A stretch of DNA of 61,278 bases, filler included, from Callorhinchus milii (GCF_018977255.1; 2 parts of 2 records of this genome joined end to end with filler, not necessarily neighbours in it), one strand, 5' to 3'; numbered from the whole stretch's first letter, positions 1 to 13,062 are shown. Numbers and translations: made by a program. Notes: generated by a model not told the origin, from the letters alone.

Positions 1-1138
1 CCATATAAACAGTATGGCGATCCCTGACTATTGCTAGCGTCGCTCAGCTGATACACTATCAACAAAGTTAATCCAAGTACCATAATATTGAAATAACTAG
101 TAAAAATTCTAAACTCAATTTGATCGTGTAATTGATACCGCTCTGGATTTGAATACAGTGATCAAATCTCGTGCGCCTTCACTCCATTTTCTTTTACAAT
201 CGTCCTGTAACTGATTGTTTCACAAGAAGCAGAACCAATATTGCACAGCCTCCACTTTGACGTCCAATGAGTGTCATTAATGCACACGATGTGAAATGCG
301 CCAAATGAATGTAAATCGTGTTAATTTTATCGATCAGTAAATTCCATTCATTTTAGAGTCAACATCTTCTTATTTGATATGAGTGATCTCATGTTCCAAA
401 CAGAGCAAAGGCGTGTTTCCATTACCTTAAGTAAAATCTTATTTTTTTGTGAACTTCGATGTGATTTCACTCCCAGTCAAGTCAGAGGTTTTGAAAAAGG
501 CACCGCAAATTTTCAGATTTTTGACCATTTTAATAGAAATGTCTCGCTAAATCTAATTAACCGCATGTTTTTGTCCGAATATTAACACCCTTTTTTTATT
601 TGCCGACTCACAAGCAAGAGATCTTTCTAATTTGAAGCGTGATATTTGCATCGTCATATATTGTGTTCTTGTTGTGTTCAGCTTGTTTAAATTGCCAGCA
701 GCGGAAGTGATATGGGGAAATAAAACAGGATCAATTGTTGCTATCCTGTTGAGCCTCCAGAGCTGATCCCAAAAAGTGGTTCGGCCAATTTACTGGACTC
801 GCCGCAGCAATGAGATGTGCTGTCTGTGACACTACCCTGCGTGAGGGTTTCCATATAAATGCAGATTTTTGTTGTTGTTGCTCTCGCCCTCACAAGGATT
901 TTGCATGAATAATGATGTTAATGATTCCCAAGAATATATAAAAAACTGAAGACAACTTAATCACTTGTCAGAAAATAATCTGGAGGCACTTCAAAATTAC
1001 AACTTGAAATCATACTTGATATCTCATCTGGTTTTCAATCACACAGAACCACTTGTCGTCTTCATGTGAGAGCCTCCTGTTATGAAGGGCACTGTACACT
1101 CGTATATTCTTTACAAAATTAAAAACTGTGGAATACGT

Positions 1139-1210
1139 GGGGATGTCGCTCAGAGGTAGAGCACATGGTTCGCATGAATGAGGTCTCGGGTTAAATCCCC
1201 GGCATCTCCA
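1139..1210 (+). tRNA. tRNA-Ala(CGC)-like, probably pseudogene
   Basis: GGGGATGTCGCTCAGAGGTAGAGCACATGGTTCGCATGAATGAGGTCTCGGGTTAAATCCCCGGCATCTCCA is colinear (72 nt) with vertebrate tRNA-Ala-CGC; anticodon-stem mismatches and B-box GTTCGA changed to GTTAAA. Confidence 0.85.
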
Positions 1211-1616
1211 CTTGTGTTGTGAGAAACTTACTCTGCAGTGTCGCTTTTGAAAATTTTTGTCACGATTTATAATTTTATACTTATATTATGTTCCTGCACA
1301 GAATATGGTGCACCGACGTACAGTACATTACCCTGACTATTACCCTGAAGGAGAATACTTTTTTGTAATCTGCTGGACTCACGTTATCGCTCTCAATGTA
1401 TATCAGTTTCCAGCTGTGATAATTAACTCTCGATATCAATGAAGAGAACAAATAAAATATGGCGTGATATACACACTGCCTCAGATTCTACAAAGCTCGA
1501 AGGAGTGACAATATGTTTCTTTGAGGAAGAGTCCGCTGATTCAAGGTTAAAATGTAACGGAAGACTAGATAATTGTCAAAGTAAAACGTGTTTTTGCTCA
1601 CAGTTGAATGTAATAT

Positions 1617-1688
1617 TTTTCTGACTGGGAAACGAATCCGGCCCGCGGCGGTGAAAGCGCCGAATCCTAACCACTAAATCATCAGGGA
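1617..1688 (-). tRNA. tRNA-Glu(TTC)-like, probably pseudogene
   Basis: Reverse complement TCCCTGATGATTTAGTGGTTAGGATTCGGCGCTTTCACCGCCGCGGGCCGGATTCGTTTCCCAGTCAGAAAA matches vertebrate tRNA-Glu-TTC; acceptor stem and T-arm mismatches. Confidence 0.85.
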
Positions 1689-2447
1689 ACACGATTGCTA
1701 AGGACTATCAGTAGACGCAATGCGTCTGCCTTCACGACTGAAGATTGTAAATAATAATGTGAGAGCCCAGAGCGCGCAACACCACAACAAGAACAACAAC
1801 AGCAACATGTTACATTTGTCCAGCTTCAGAAGACGAACCCAAGCAAAGATGTCTATATTTTCATGTTCACTTCCGTGTCTCATCAGTTTGTTATAAAACC
1901 ATTTTGCGTGCTAATATTTCCATACAGAAACCCAGGGAAGAATCGCAGCAATCAGTTACCCAGATTTGCAGGTGTATTTCTATTGTGATATTTACTTGGG
2001 GAAAACAGAAACTGTCATTCACTGTCAAATTCAGCAGAAAATACAGAAACATGATCTTGAGACAGGGAGTTCTACTCTTGAGGCGGCTTATCTCCCAAAT
2101 AAGCTTCTTGAGCTCCAAAAAAATCACTCGTTGATCTTGTATTCAATAACTGCCAACACATAAATTTCTCATGAGCCCCATGCATATGTTTCATAAGCTG
2201 TTTGCTTTCGTAGGACATTATAAAACCCTACATTTAAAATAACATTTTGCTTTTTTTTGCTCTGTTTCACTCTTTCAGTCACTGGATTATTTTAAAGTTC
2301 GTCACACACTGAGACCATCCCAATGCTGTCCTCCCCGTACACAAAATTCCCTCACCAGCATCAGATAGATACCTGCCATCAGCGAACACTACCAGCTAAG
2401 TTGTGATGTGTTAATATCTTAATTTTCAATGGATCCACGTCTATCGT

Positions 2448-2765
2448 GGAGTCCTGTAGCTCAGTGGTTAGAGCACTCGCTTTGCAAGCGAGAGACCTGA
2501 GTTCAGTTCCAGGCAGAGGGCGAAACCTTGGGCAAGTTTCTTTACTCCACACAGAGCCTAATAATAATCCCTCCAAAACCAAAAACAATAATAAATTGGT
2601 CATTTTCAATCTACGACTGTTTGTGGGACATTGCTGTGCGCAATTGGCTGCCGCCTTTGCCCACAATTATACAGTCAATTCACTTTACAGTGTGATCTGT
2701 GAAGCGCCTTGGGACGTCCTCCCGACGTGTAAAGCGCTATATCAAATGCAAGGATTATTATTATT
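2448..2765 (+). mobile_element. Full-length tRNA(Ala-like)-headed SINE with L2-derived 3' tail
   Basis: tRNA-like head GTAGCTCAGTGGTTAGAGCA..TTTGCAA..GTTC, body, tail AGCGCCTTGGGACGTCCTCCCGACGTG..GCGCTATATCAAATGCAAGG(ATT)n; near-identical copies at 14503 and 60948. Confidence 0.9.
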
Positions 2766-3244
2766 GACAGACACCAAATTTACTCGCCATTAACTGCTAA
2801 ATCCGCAGCCTCTTTGGAGGGATTTTGACAAACGGATGTGCCAAACTTTAAACTGACACCGCCTCCAGCAACAGGTCAGTATTGTCCGAACTTCCTCCTT
2901 CTGGCAGTTTCCGCTGCTTTTGTCAGAACTGCCTCACTGATGCTAAACTTCGGCAATAGGGTGGAGAAAGCCTCTGCATTGTATCCCATAAGTTTGGAAA
3001 CAAACAGGAGAACTGTTTGCAGACAGATCTTATTTACCATAAGCTAAGCTTAGGAGCAGGATCAGAATTATGAAAGATATCAGAATGGACAAAAGGAAAG
3101 CTATTAATTGTTAACAAATAATCATGTTCAGGACTTTTCTGATCACCGCAGGACTCTAAAATGCAATCTTTTGAGTTTCCTCATGTTTACTGAAGTCAGA
3201 GCCACATTACAGCCTTTCCCTTTCTTTCTCCCGCGTTCTCTCTC

Positions 3245-3660
3245 TGTTACACACACAACGCTAACCTTAGCACTGCTGGCACATTATTGTCTCTCTCATA
3301 CATACACAGACACACCAAAACACACACACAGCGCCATCATCAGTACTGGAGGCACCTTGCAGCCTTCCTCGCACACACAGCGCCATCCTCAGCACTGCGG
3401 TTATATTACGGATTCTCACACACGCGCGCAAACAGCGCCAAACTCAGCATTGTGGACATTGCAGGCTCTCACTAGCCCACAGCGCGATTCCTCAGAACTG
3501 AGCGCATTAGAGCGTTTTGTACACACATTCACACACGCACAGCGCAAGGGGCACACCACAGACTCTGTCTGATACACATTGCCATTCTCAGCCATGGAGG
3601 CACATTAAAGCTTCAAACACACAAATACGCGGCCCCATCTTCAGCACAGGGGGCACTTTT
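3245..3660. repeat. Degenerate ~50 bp tandem repeat (CACACAGCGCCATCnTCAGCACTG core), about 7 copies
   Basis: Core recurs near 3250, 3325, 3371, 3431, 3476, 3574, 3625. Confidence 0.7.
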
Positions 3661-5539
3661 CTAAAGAAACACACTAACCTCCTGCACGTTATATTTTAAT
3701 GACCTACATTGTAAGCAAGATTCACTAATTTTCATTGCGCTCAGCTGTGTGTCATTTTGAAGCACATAACGATTGCGGCTATCCAAACTAAACCGTGATA
3801 ATTCAATCCAACAAACCTAAAATGGGAATTCCCATTTAGTGGAATGCAATGCGCACTTTCTCACTGGAGGGATGTATCATTTCTATCCAAATACAGACGA
3901 TATAGCGCAAAACTATGCTCCTTTGCTGACTATCCTGTGTTATTTTGGTACTGGTGGATTATAATCATCTAAGTCCGCAGATAAAGCTACTGATTGTAAT
4001 CCCTGACAAACTTTTCCAGTGCTCGTGCATTTAGACTAACACAACAAACGATTATCCTCCTTGGAGGTAGGATTGGTGGTTCTCCATGGCGCCGAACTGG
4101 CAACAGAATCATACAGTTGTGCAGCACAGAAGGAGAAATTAGGCTCATCGTGCCTGTGCCTGTGCTGCTCTCTGAAAGAGAAGCCAATGGACGCTCAAGG
4201 TTAGAATTTCCCAATGAAGTCTAGCATCGGATGAGCAATACACCGAGTGTTTGAGTGAGTGCCTCACATAAGACCGCTCTCTGAGCGTCCATTTTGCAAA
4301 ATAAACTCACTTTGTGTATCAGGGTTAAGCGAAACTGCATACCATTGATTTAGGACATCAAAGGCCGCTGACACCGCCGTCGGACAAGCTCACCTTATTT
4401 CTGATGTATGGCTGATATCTCTTTCCCTCTGAATAGCCTTTTTNGAAACTGGTTTAAACACTGGTCACCGTCATTTGTGAAAATTATTTAATTCGTAAAC
4501 ACTATTTAATTTGTGAACCTCAGATGAAGTATGAACTGACGTAAATTTCTATGTAAGTAGTAAAATTTAATAAACAGTTAACAAGCTTATACATAATAAA
4601 AATCATATATTTCGTCAAAATAAGTGAATGCGAGTAATCCATTTATTGTTCACTACAGGATAGTAAATTCATTGCAATGGGTTGATCAGATCAATATCGT
4701 GGTTTGGATATTGGAATCACTTGGGTAGGATTACCATCAGCTAAGTCTGATTAAACAGCACAGGCCGTTACATCAACAAATGACATATAGCTGCCACTGT
4801 GATCAACAAAATTTACATCTAATCAATATATATCTTCAACACAAAATATTGTCATTTTCCCAAAACATTTTAACCAACATTTTACCAATTGCACGTAACA
4901 TACAGCTTAAACATAAAATTCAGATGACTGTGATTAGGATTATACAGATCATTGCAATACGGAGTTGGATTTTATAAACAAACATCACCTGGTCACGCAG
5001 CCAATGTATAATCAAGTCTGTTGTTCCATAACCATAAGCATTTAAGCCGGGGATATTCTATATTTTGCCTGCCATTAGCCGGGGATGCCCGATAATGTTA
5101 CAGGGAAACAAACTTCGTCGTGTCAAACAGTCACTTCTACAGCGAACGAAGGTAAGCGTTTCTGACTAAACTAACTTTATATTTTAAGTGTGTGTGTGTG
5201 CCGGGGAGGAGTCCCATATTTTGCCAGCCGCTAGCCTGATTCCCTAATTTAGAAACGTCAAATAAGTCGCAGTTATGTGTTTCCTATCCAGAGACATAAT
5301 ATTTACACAGTGTGTTTCCACGTCGTAAAGGATGCAATGCGCTCGACATGGCAGGCTGAGCACCTGAGCTGAGGGTGGAAGGTGAAGGAGGTGGGATGGG
5401 GTGCGGAAAAGATGACTTAAAGCGCAGTCCAAGAGATAAGATTTACGTAATTTTATCGACCTCAAACCAAACCACCGCCGCTCCCCCCGCCAACAACCCA
5501 CAAACGCCCGCCCATACGCACACACCACTCCACAACTAA

Positions 5540-7200
5540 ATCTCTCTCTATCTGCTCTCTCTGTATTTGTTTTTCACTCTGTCCCACTTGCTTATGCACT
5601 GAGTCTCTCAATCTTTTTACTCAATTTGTTATTCATTTTCTCGCACACGCTTTCATTCCCTCGCCTTTTCTCTCTTCCTCAATTCCCCTCTCACTGTATC
5701 TTCATCTCCTCAGTCTTTCTCAATTGAATCAATCACTCCCCGTCTCTCTTTGCTCTCTGTCCCTCTGCAGTTGCTCTCTTTCACCCCAGTCTCTCCCACA
5801 CACATCTCTTTCTGCGCTCTCACACTATCTCAATCACAATCTCTCTCACCCCTCAAGATCCATCTGCGCTCTCATACTATCTCTTCCATTCTATATCAGG
5901 CTGTTCCCTATTTCTCTCTCTCTTAATTACCTCCGTCCCCACGAACCATACTCTTTTCCTAACTCTCACATTCTTTGTTCTCTCTGCTCTCTCTACTTTT
6001 TCACTCCATTTCTTTCCATCAATCTTTCTCCCCTTTCTTCCTCACAATCTCTCTCAATCTCTATCTCCCCTACTGCTCTGTAGCTAATTCTCTTTCATTC
6101 TCCCTTTCCCCGCTCAAACTCCCCCTCTCAGTTACCCATTCTCTCTCCTTCTATCACAATCAATCTCTTCCCCTCTGTCTCAATTACACTCTCTCAATCT
6201 CCATCTTTCCCACAGTTCTCCCTCTTGCCAGCTGACCACTCTTTCTCTCTCACCCTGCACTCTCCCCGTCTCCCTGACATTCTTTCTCTGTCAATCAATC
6301 TGGCACGTTCACTCAACCAGTTTCCTTCATGGTTGGCCTCTTACACCACCAGGTAAATTGGGCAATAACTGTCTGGTTCCAACACTAATTCTCACTCAGT
6401 CTCACTCTTTGTCTCTCACTTACAACCAGTTATTATATTTGCCACTCTCTTGTTCAATCATGGTTCGATGCCCGGCAGGGCGAAATGGTGGTCAACTATC
6501 CTTACCCCACGTACCTGTGTTTTCCCAGCAGGAAATACGAAACTATTTGTTAGTGAATTGACCGATCATTTTAACGGGGTTCATCATTTCTAAAAAATAA
6601 TATAGCGACAATGATAAATTCGTCACTTTAGTCCACAACTATTTGAGGAAACTGCTGTTCGCAATTATCTTTCGCATTTCGCACAAAACATATACGTTCA
6701 GTGCAATTACGAGTATATTCTCTGACGGTTTTGAAACTTCGCAAAGTGGTGATAATGCGCTATATCAAATGCAAGAATTTTTATGATTGTTATTGTTATT
6801 ATTATTCTCTCTCACTCTCTCTCACTCAGGCTCTCCCTCTCCGAGTCTCTCAATCCCACTCAGTCTTTTCTCTCAATCAGTGTCACACTCACTCAGCACT
6901 CTCACTCTCATGCGCTCACTGTTGCTCGCTCGCTCACTCACTCACTTATCGACTCACTCTCCCACTAACTCACTCACTCAGTCACTGGCTCGCTCACTTA
7001 CTCACTCATTCACACACACACACTCACACACTCACTCATTCAGTCTCTCTCTCTCTCGCTCTCTAACTCTTTCTCTTTCTCTCCCACACACACAGTCGCT
7101 TTCTCTGTCTCAGTCTTACAAACTGTATCTATCTCAATCTTAGTCTCTCTCTCTCTCTCTCTCTTACTTTCGCTCTCTCTCCGTGTCTCACTTTCTCTAT
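5540..7200. repeat. CT/CA-rich low-complexity tracts with an internal SINE remnant (~6470-6805)
   Basis: Degenerate (CT)n and (CACT)n; source of spurious Ser/Leu ORFs. Confidence 0.9.
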
Positions 7201-10200
7201 ATCAGATTGGCAGGTGATGCGATAGCGCTAATGAGGTCAGATTGAAGCTGCTATTGACCACAAATGACCACAGTGGGGAGATTTGAATAGGAGAGGGAAA
7301 AGATCATGGTCATCGGCCTCCGCGCTACACTCTGACTGTGGCGTAGACTGAAACATTTTCCTCAACGTCTTCACGGATATTCTCACTCTTGATTCCCAAT
7401 GCCAGATTGGCGTAGGTGATGTCAGCGTCCTGCAAACGGCAACAACCAGCACGTTTTATTAGGATCATGGGCAAACACCGCACAGCCCATAACTCCAGTC
7501 TGTGCGTCTATGTCTGCACTTCTCCCACATGATTACTATGGTTTTTAATATACCTGGAGGTCAAAACAAATCAATTGTTCACCAGAAAATCCCCCGGCAG
7601 TTGAATTGTAACCCATAATAACGAATACAGCCTTGTATTTGGGAGATCCTGCCAACGTGAATTATGCTATACAAGTGTAAATCGAAAACGCAAACATAAG
7701 CAAAAACATAAAGATACAGGCATACAAAAATATATACACACACAAATGCATACAACCGCTTGCACAGATCGAACCCGCACACACACGGACTGAAACACAT
7801 GCTTATGCCTTTACGCAGACATAAACACACAACGATCATAACTTGCTGACACGTGGCATGACCTGATCTGGTACAGGGCCTGAGATGGGTTGACGAATGT
7901 CTGATCGAGGCTGACACAGGGCTGAGCAGTGTTGACACATCGCCTGAGATGGGCTGACACAGTGCCTGAGCTGGGCTGAAAAAATGAACCCGTAACTACT
8001 CACCTCTCGAGGCACCGATCGTGGTGCAAACCTCACCGACTCATCTGAAACAAACAGAAACGTGATCTCACAGCAGGACCTCTCTTTAACACTCACCGTT
8101 ATTTAATATTATTATCAATGGTATTAATAATTGGAATTTATAATGATTAATGATAATGACAAAAATGACTCCTAGACATACAATTTTGTATCAGTAATAC
8201 CTGCATGTGAAACAGTAATGTATCGCCTCGCCGCGACGTCCAAAGCGCTTCACATGATACACTGTCTAGTGCAGAGACTGTGCTTTTTGAGCGAGACAAA
8301 GTATCCAGTTTGCACCAAAACTAACATGAGAGAAATTGCATTATTTCGGGGATTGTCGAATGGAAAACGGAAAAAAAAATATTTCCTGCTTTGAATAATG
8401 CCGCTGCATATTTATTGTCCACCTGAAGGGCAGATAGAACATCAGTTTAACATAGAATCTGAAGGACAGAGCACATGAAGTGCGTGAAATTCAGAGAAGT
8501 GAGGCACATACTGACAAAAGGACACAGTCAGATATTTAGACAAGCATATAGTCAAACACGTAAAAAGATAGACAGACACATATAGAATCAGACATACAGA
8601 CAGCCGGTTAGACACACAGACTCAGAGACACACAGTGAGACACGCAGACACACAGGCGCACAGGTAAACAGAGTCAGACACACACTTTCAACCACCCTCA
8701 CATACAGATAGATTAAGAGAAAAGGGCAGTGACAGAGCTGGAGAGAGAGGCATAGAGAACAATGGCCTCTGGTTTGGGGGAGGCTCATGATCAAGTGATG
8801 GGTTTGTGTGGGGTTCGGCCACACACAAGGCATGTGTGTGGTCAGCTCCTTTCTCTCTGGGCTCAAACCCAGGAAATCTCTTACTCACGTGTGATGTTGC
8901 CGGTTTGGGGGCCGCCTCCTGTGGGGGCATCACTGAAAGAGAATCAAAGAGAAAGGAGAGACCGATGCATGCTCTGCTGGTTTGAATATTATTAACACTC
9001 ATCCCCGTGATTGCACTATCTACAAGAAGTAATGAGTTCCATTAACACCTCCAACACGTGGAACTACATACGTTTCTCATGAATGTGCAGTTTCCCTGCC
9101 AAACGAATCAGCATGAGGATTAGACACATGCTGACGAGAGTCAATATTTCTGTACTTCAAAGTGTGCGTTTGTGTAACTGATGGGATCCCACCAGCTAAA
9201 ATCACGCAGCATGCTACTGGGAGCTCTGTCTGGCAAGAGTTTGTTGGTCCAGTTATGATTTTCCTGCAACTTAGGGCTTTTTCTTGCAGGGTAACAGAAG
9301 CTGAGTTTAATGATTCCCTGCCCCTGTGCCTGGTCTGCCGTTCCAAGTCTTGCCGATGAGTGTGCGAGTGAGCACCAGTGCAGATACATTGGGGAGCAGC
9401 AAGGAATGAGACTAAACTGGAAAACTGCACTGGGGAGCGAGCACCATCGCAAAACGGATGGGAAGAGAGCGTGGATTAGAATATAATTGTTCTCACCTTT
9501 CTCCTCTTGGACTATTCCCTTTACCTGAAAGTATAATATGTAATACATCTGAAACAATCTTCAGTACTCGTTTTATACTGTCGTGTTTTTATATTTAATA
9601 ATCCTCGCCTTTACTTCAGAGTCAAAAGACCTCCACAGGTATCTGTTACCATGTGCTGTCCCCCCGTCCCCCAACCCCCACCCCCAACCTGCAACGACTG
9701 CCTTTAGTGGACGAAGTTCCAGCCACTCCACCCCGGGTTTCTGGAAATATATCCAAGGATCCTTCTGGCGTACACCTCGCTCCCTCTCTCATGGCCCAAC
9801 AGCCATCACTTAAACCTTGTCTAATATTACTATTACTATTCCGAATAACGCAAGGGTATTGCTTTACTCCGATTGTAGTCACTGGGCATATTTAAAAATG
9901 AAACGCAGCAGTCAATTGCACACAATATTGTCGCAGAAGCAGCCATGGAGTTATTGGCTCATGTTATTTTGAAGATTGTTGGTGAGGATACTGGGAGAAA
10001 CTCGCTTCTCTTTTCGAAAGGTGCTGCAGGATCTGTAACGTCCAAACGATCAGGTAGGCAGGATTTCGTCTGAACGTTCTCACAGGTGGTATAGGCGAAA
10101 TAACTTAACATTAAACCAATAATTTCAAATTGCAGTAGCTTCTGCCCTGGGTATTGCTAACAATAATCTCAAACCAAGAGGGACCTTGCATATGAACCTC

Positions 10201-10484
10201 GATATTGTCAGGTACTCAAAGTTAAGTATAAAACAGTCCATTGCGATTGTCCTAACACGAACAGAGGCATGTCGTTCTAACTCAGGAAAATGCTGTTGTC
10301 TAATCTCTACCGTTATAGATTAGTTGATAAACATAGAAATTGGTTACGGAGCTTTGTTCTCAGGTACTCATTTACACTCATTGAAACAGCAGAAAAGCAA
10401 TACACAGTGGTTAGTTCTATTGTTTTATCTTCCTTGATTCCCAACAATTATAAACTATATTCACTGATATTAATGGACACTTAC

Positions 10485-10583
10485 CTCTCTTATACACACA
10501 GAATCCCAGTGTAAACGCAATGATCGCTATCACAGTGAAAGTCCCCAGAGCCAGTCCTGCAATGTGCATCCAAGCCAATTTTG
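10485..10583 (-). CDS. Transmembrane exon of SRCR-Ig receptor
   Basis: ctctctag|99 nt|gtaagt, phase 1-1, encodes AKLAWMHIAGLALGTFTVIAIIAFTLGFCVYKR. Confidence 0.85.
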
Positions 10584-11444
10584 CTAGAGAGGGAAATGGG
10601 CAAAAAAACTTGTGAACTTAGAAAACTCATCATTTTAAAGACCTCACTAAGGTATCACCCCCCCCCCCCACTTCGACATAGAAAGTAAAGTTTTCTCTGT
10701 TCCCTTCAAAATAGCCCACGCTTTCTTTGTCTCTCCTCATGAGACAAGCCTCTAGCCCCTGACACAGGTAAGCGGTAGCTAATCATGTTCTCATTAGGTG
10801 CTGCGCTGGTGACCTGCCAAGCTTTGGAAGTTGGGATTCGAGTCCAGCCTTGATGGTGGTCTCCAGTCCCGTCCTTCAGCCATACAGATCCGCAGAATTG
10901 TAGGGCTCTGCCGAAGCCAGCACAGTCGATACTGAGTCATCAGTAAGAGATTGAGGAATAATCGATCACGGGGACCTGGGATTCGTCCTACTTGGCTTTA
11001 TTGCCACAAAACAGTGTGAGCGTTTTGGGAGGTCCTCACTTGACAGGAAGGTGTTGTGTTCCAGACTATGCTCAACAGCAATTTTTCCGGTGTAATTGGT
11101 TAAATAACAGCTGTTATATAACAGCAGGATCTGGTGTTTCCCATCCTTGTCTCGCGGAAATTCACACGGTAAAGAGTTCAGGATAGAACAGTTGCGACGA
11201 CTCTGCCTAATGGGTGAGGAGAGAATGTTTAACCCGGACCTGCCGTGTGGGGATCCATCGGTTGTTTGGATTTGGAAATTGTTGTATCGCGAGGACGGTT
11301 GTTCGCTTGAGTGAAACAATCCAAACAACATCAAGAGATAACATGGAAATAAGACCGATGGAGTAAAGCGTGTCAAGAACAGGAGCTGCTATAAATGGTC
11401 AAAAAACAAACAGGCTACTGTATGAGATTTTACTCAACTCTTAC

Positions 11445-11729
11445 CACGCACAGAGATTCCCAATCGCTCACACTCTGGTGATGTGCACTCTCGACCGTCT
11501 ATGTGTGTAGTATATTGATACCAGTAGTTTCCTGCACTAATCTCCCACGGGGTGAATGTGGCCGTGTTGTTATTCTTTGGAGCTGGTTGTGATGTGATAA
11601 TCTCACCATTTCTGTATAAAGAGAATTCGCTGCCAGGATAATTCCCAGAACACGAGTTCTCAGCGCTTTAACCTCTCACAAACACCCGGGAGTCTGTCTT
11701 CAGGGAAATGGTAGGTTTGTGCAGCGAAT
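11445..11729 (-). pseudogene. Ig-like exon (LILR/IgSF1/A1BG-type) with premature stop
   Basis: 285 nt: SLHKPTISLKTDSRVFVRG*SAENSCSGNYPGSEFSLYRNGEIITSQPAPKNNNTATFTPWEISAGNYWYQYTTHIDGRECTSPECERLGISVR; TAA at 11670-11668; expected GNYxC reads GNYWY; absent from the ORF track. Confidence 0.85.
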
Positions 11730-12079
11730 CAGGAATTAAAACACGGTAAAGAAAACCTCACAAACACTCGCTCTTATCTGTGCTGCGACAGTGACCATCA
11801 GGACCGTGAGACTCTTTGTCCCCGGTGCTCCCTGTGCTCAGGCTGCAGTTTGCTCATCATGATCTTATTTACCTGAGTACGTGACGCCGACATCATAGGT
11901 GTCTGACGCTGAATAATGTTCCATGGTCCATGAGCCTGTCCCAACCCACCCCCCTCCACCACAGAGTTAATAATACTAAACAAACATATTGTGGGATATA
12001 AACGTTTATCAGAATTTCTCAAACTGTGGTTAAGCGGAAATATAAGAAATGAAAACTGATCAGAGAATGAATTGTTTAC

Positions 12080-12394
12080 CTGAGCAGATGACGCCGGCAT
12101 CATAGGAGTGTAACCAGGAATGGTGACCCCATGTCGCTGAGTTACAATCCCTCAGAGTAGATTCACTTCCTCTGCACTGAACATTCGCCGTCACAACGGG
12201 ACCTGAGCCCTTCCCAAACTGAGCGTCTCCTGATGCTGACAGCGCGGTCCCACAGCCCAACTCCTTACACACCACAGCCGCGGCAGCCATATCCCAGCCG
12301 TAGCCAGTCACTGTGCCCCATTTTCCTCTATGGTAAACCTCCACTCTCCCGGCACACGGGCTCTTGCCGTTCATCAGTCTCACGCTCACATTCG
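12080..12394 (-). CDS. Scavenger receptor cysteine-rich (SRCR) domain exon
   Basis: 315 nt phase 1-1 exon, VRLMNGKSPCAGRVEVYHRGKWGTV...VVCKELGCG...DAGVICSG; one exon per domain as in group B SRCR proteins. Confidence 0.95.
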
Positions 12395-13062
12395 CTGTAA
12401 AACATCACGTTGAGAATATGTTTGTTGTTCTACTTCCTGTCACCCAGGATAATGCAACACAATGTATATTTACAGAGCGTCTGTAACAGTAGGAAAGCGT
12501 TTGGCGAGTGAACAATACAATAACAATATCTGTCATTATAATGGTTGCAGTGATTGTAAGCTACATGCAGTCCACCACCCGGGTGTAGAGTAAATTAACA
12601 GTTTATTACACAACTAACGTTACCGTTGCTATTTTACTTTATATTATTATACTTTACAACAGATTGTTATAATTATATTAGTTTTTTATATTTATTTGAA
12701 GATTGTTATACATTATTATAGATTGTTATAAATTGTTAGTTAGATTCCGAGTGAAACTAATTGTTATGGAAGTTTCCTGACTACACAAGCCACTGCTAAT
12801 CTAGCAAAATGGGAAACCATGAAACAATTAGTGGGTTTCTTTTCCGGGGTCACCACTGTGTGTTATTTCCTGCCACTTTTGCCTATGGAGACGATTCTAA
12901 TTCCAGCATATCTGTGAAGCACTTTGAGACGTTTCGAAAACGTGATAACGCGCTATATCAAATGCAGGGTTTATTAATATATCTTATATTAGATTATTAT
13001 ATTTTATGACATGTTAAAAAATTCTTTATATCAGATTATACGTTATGCAGTTATGCAACAAC

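Noticed and set aside
2379..2793. Signal-peptide-looking ORF (MTNLLLFLVLEG) and the tRNA-like head as a real tRNA
   Set aside because: Both lie within a SINE present in many copies
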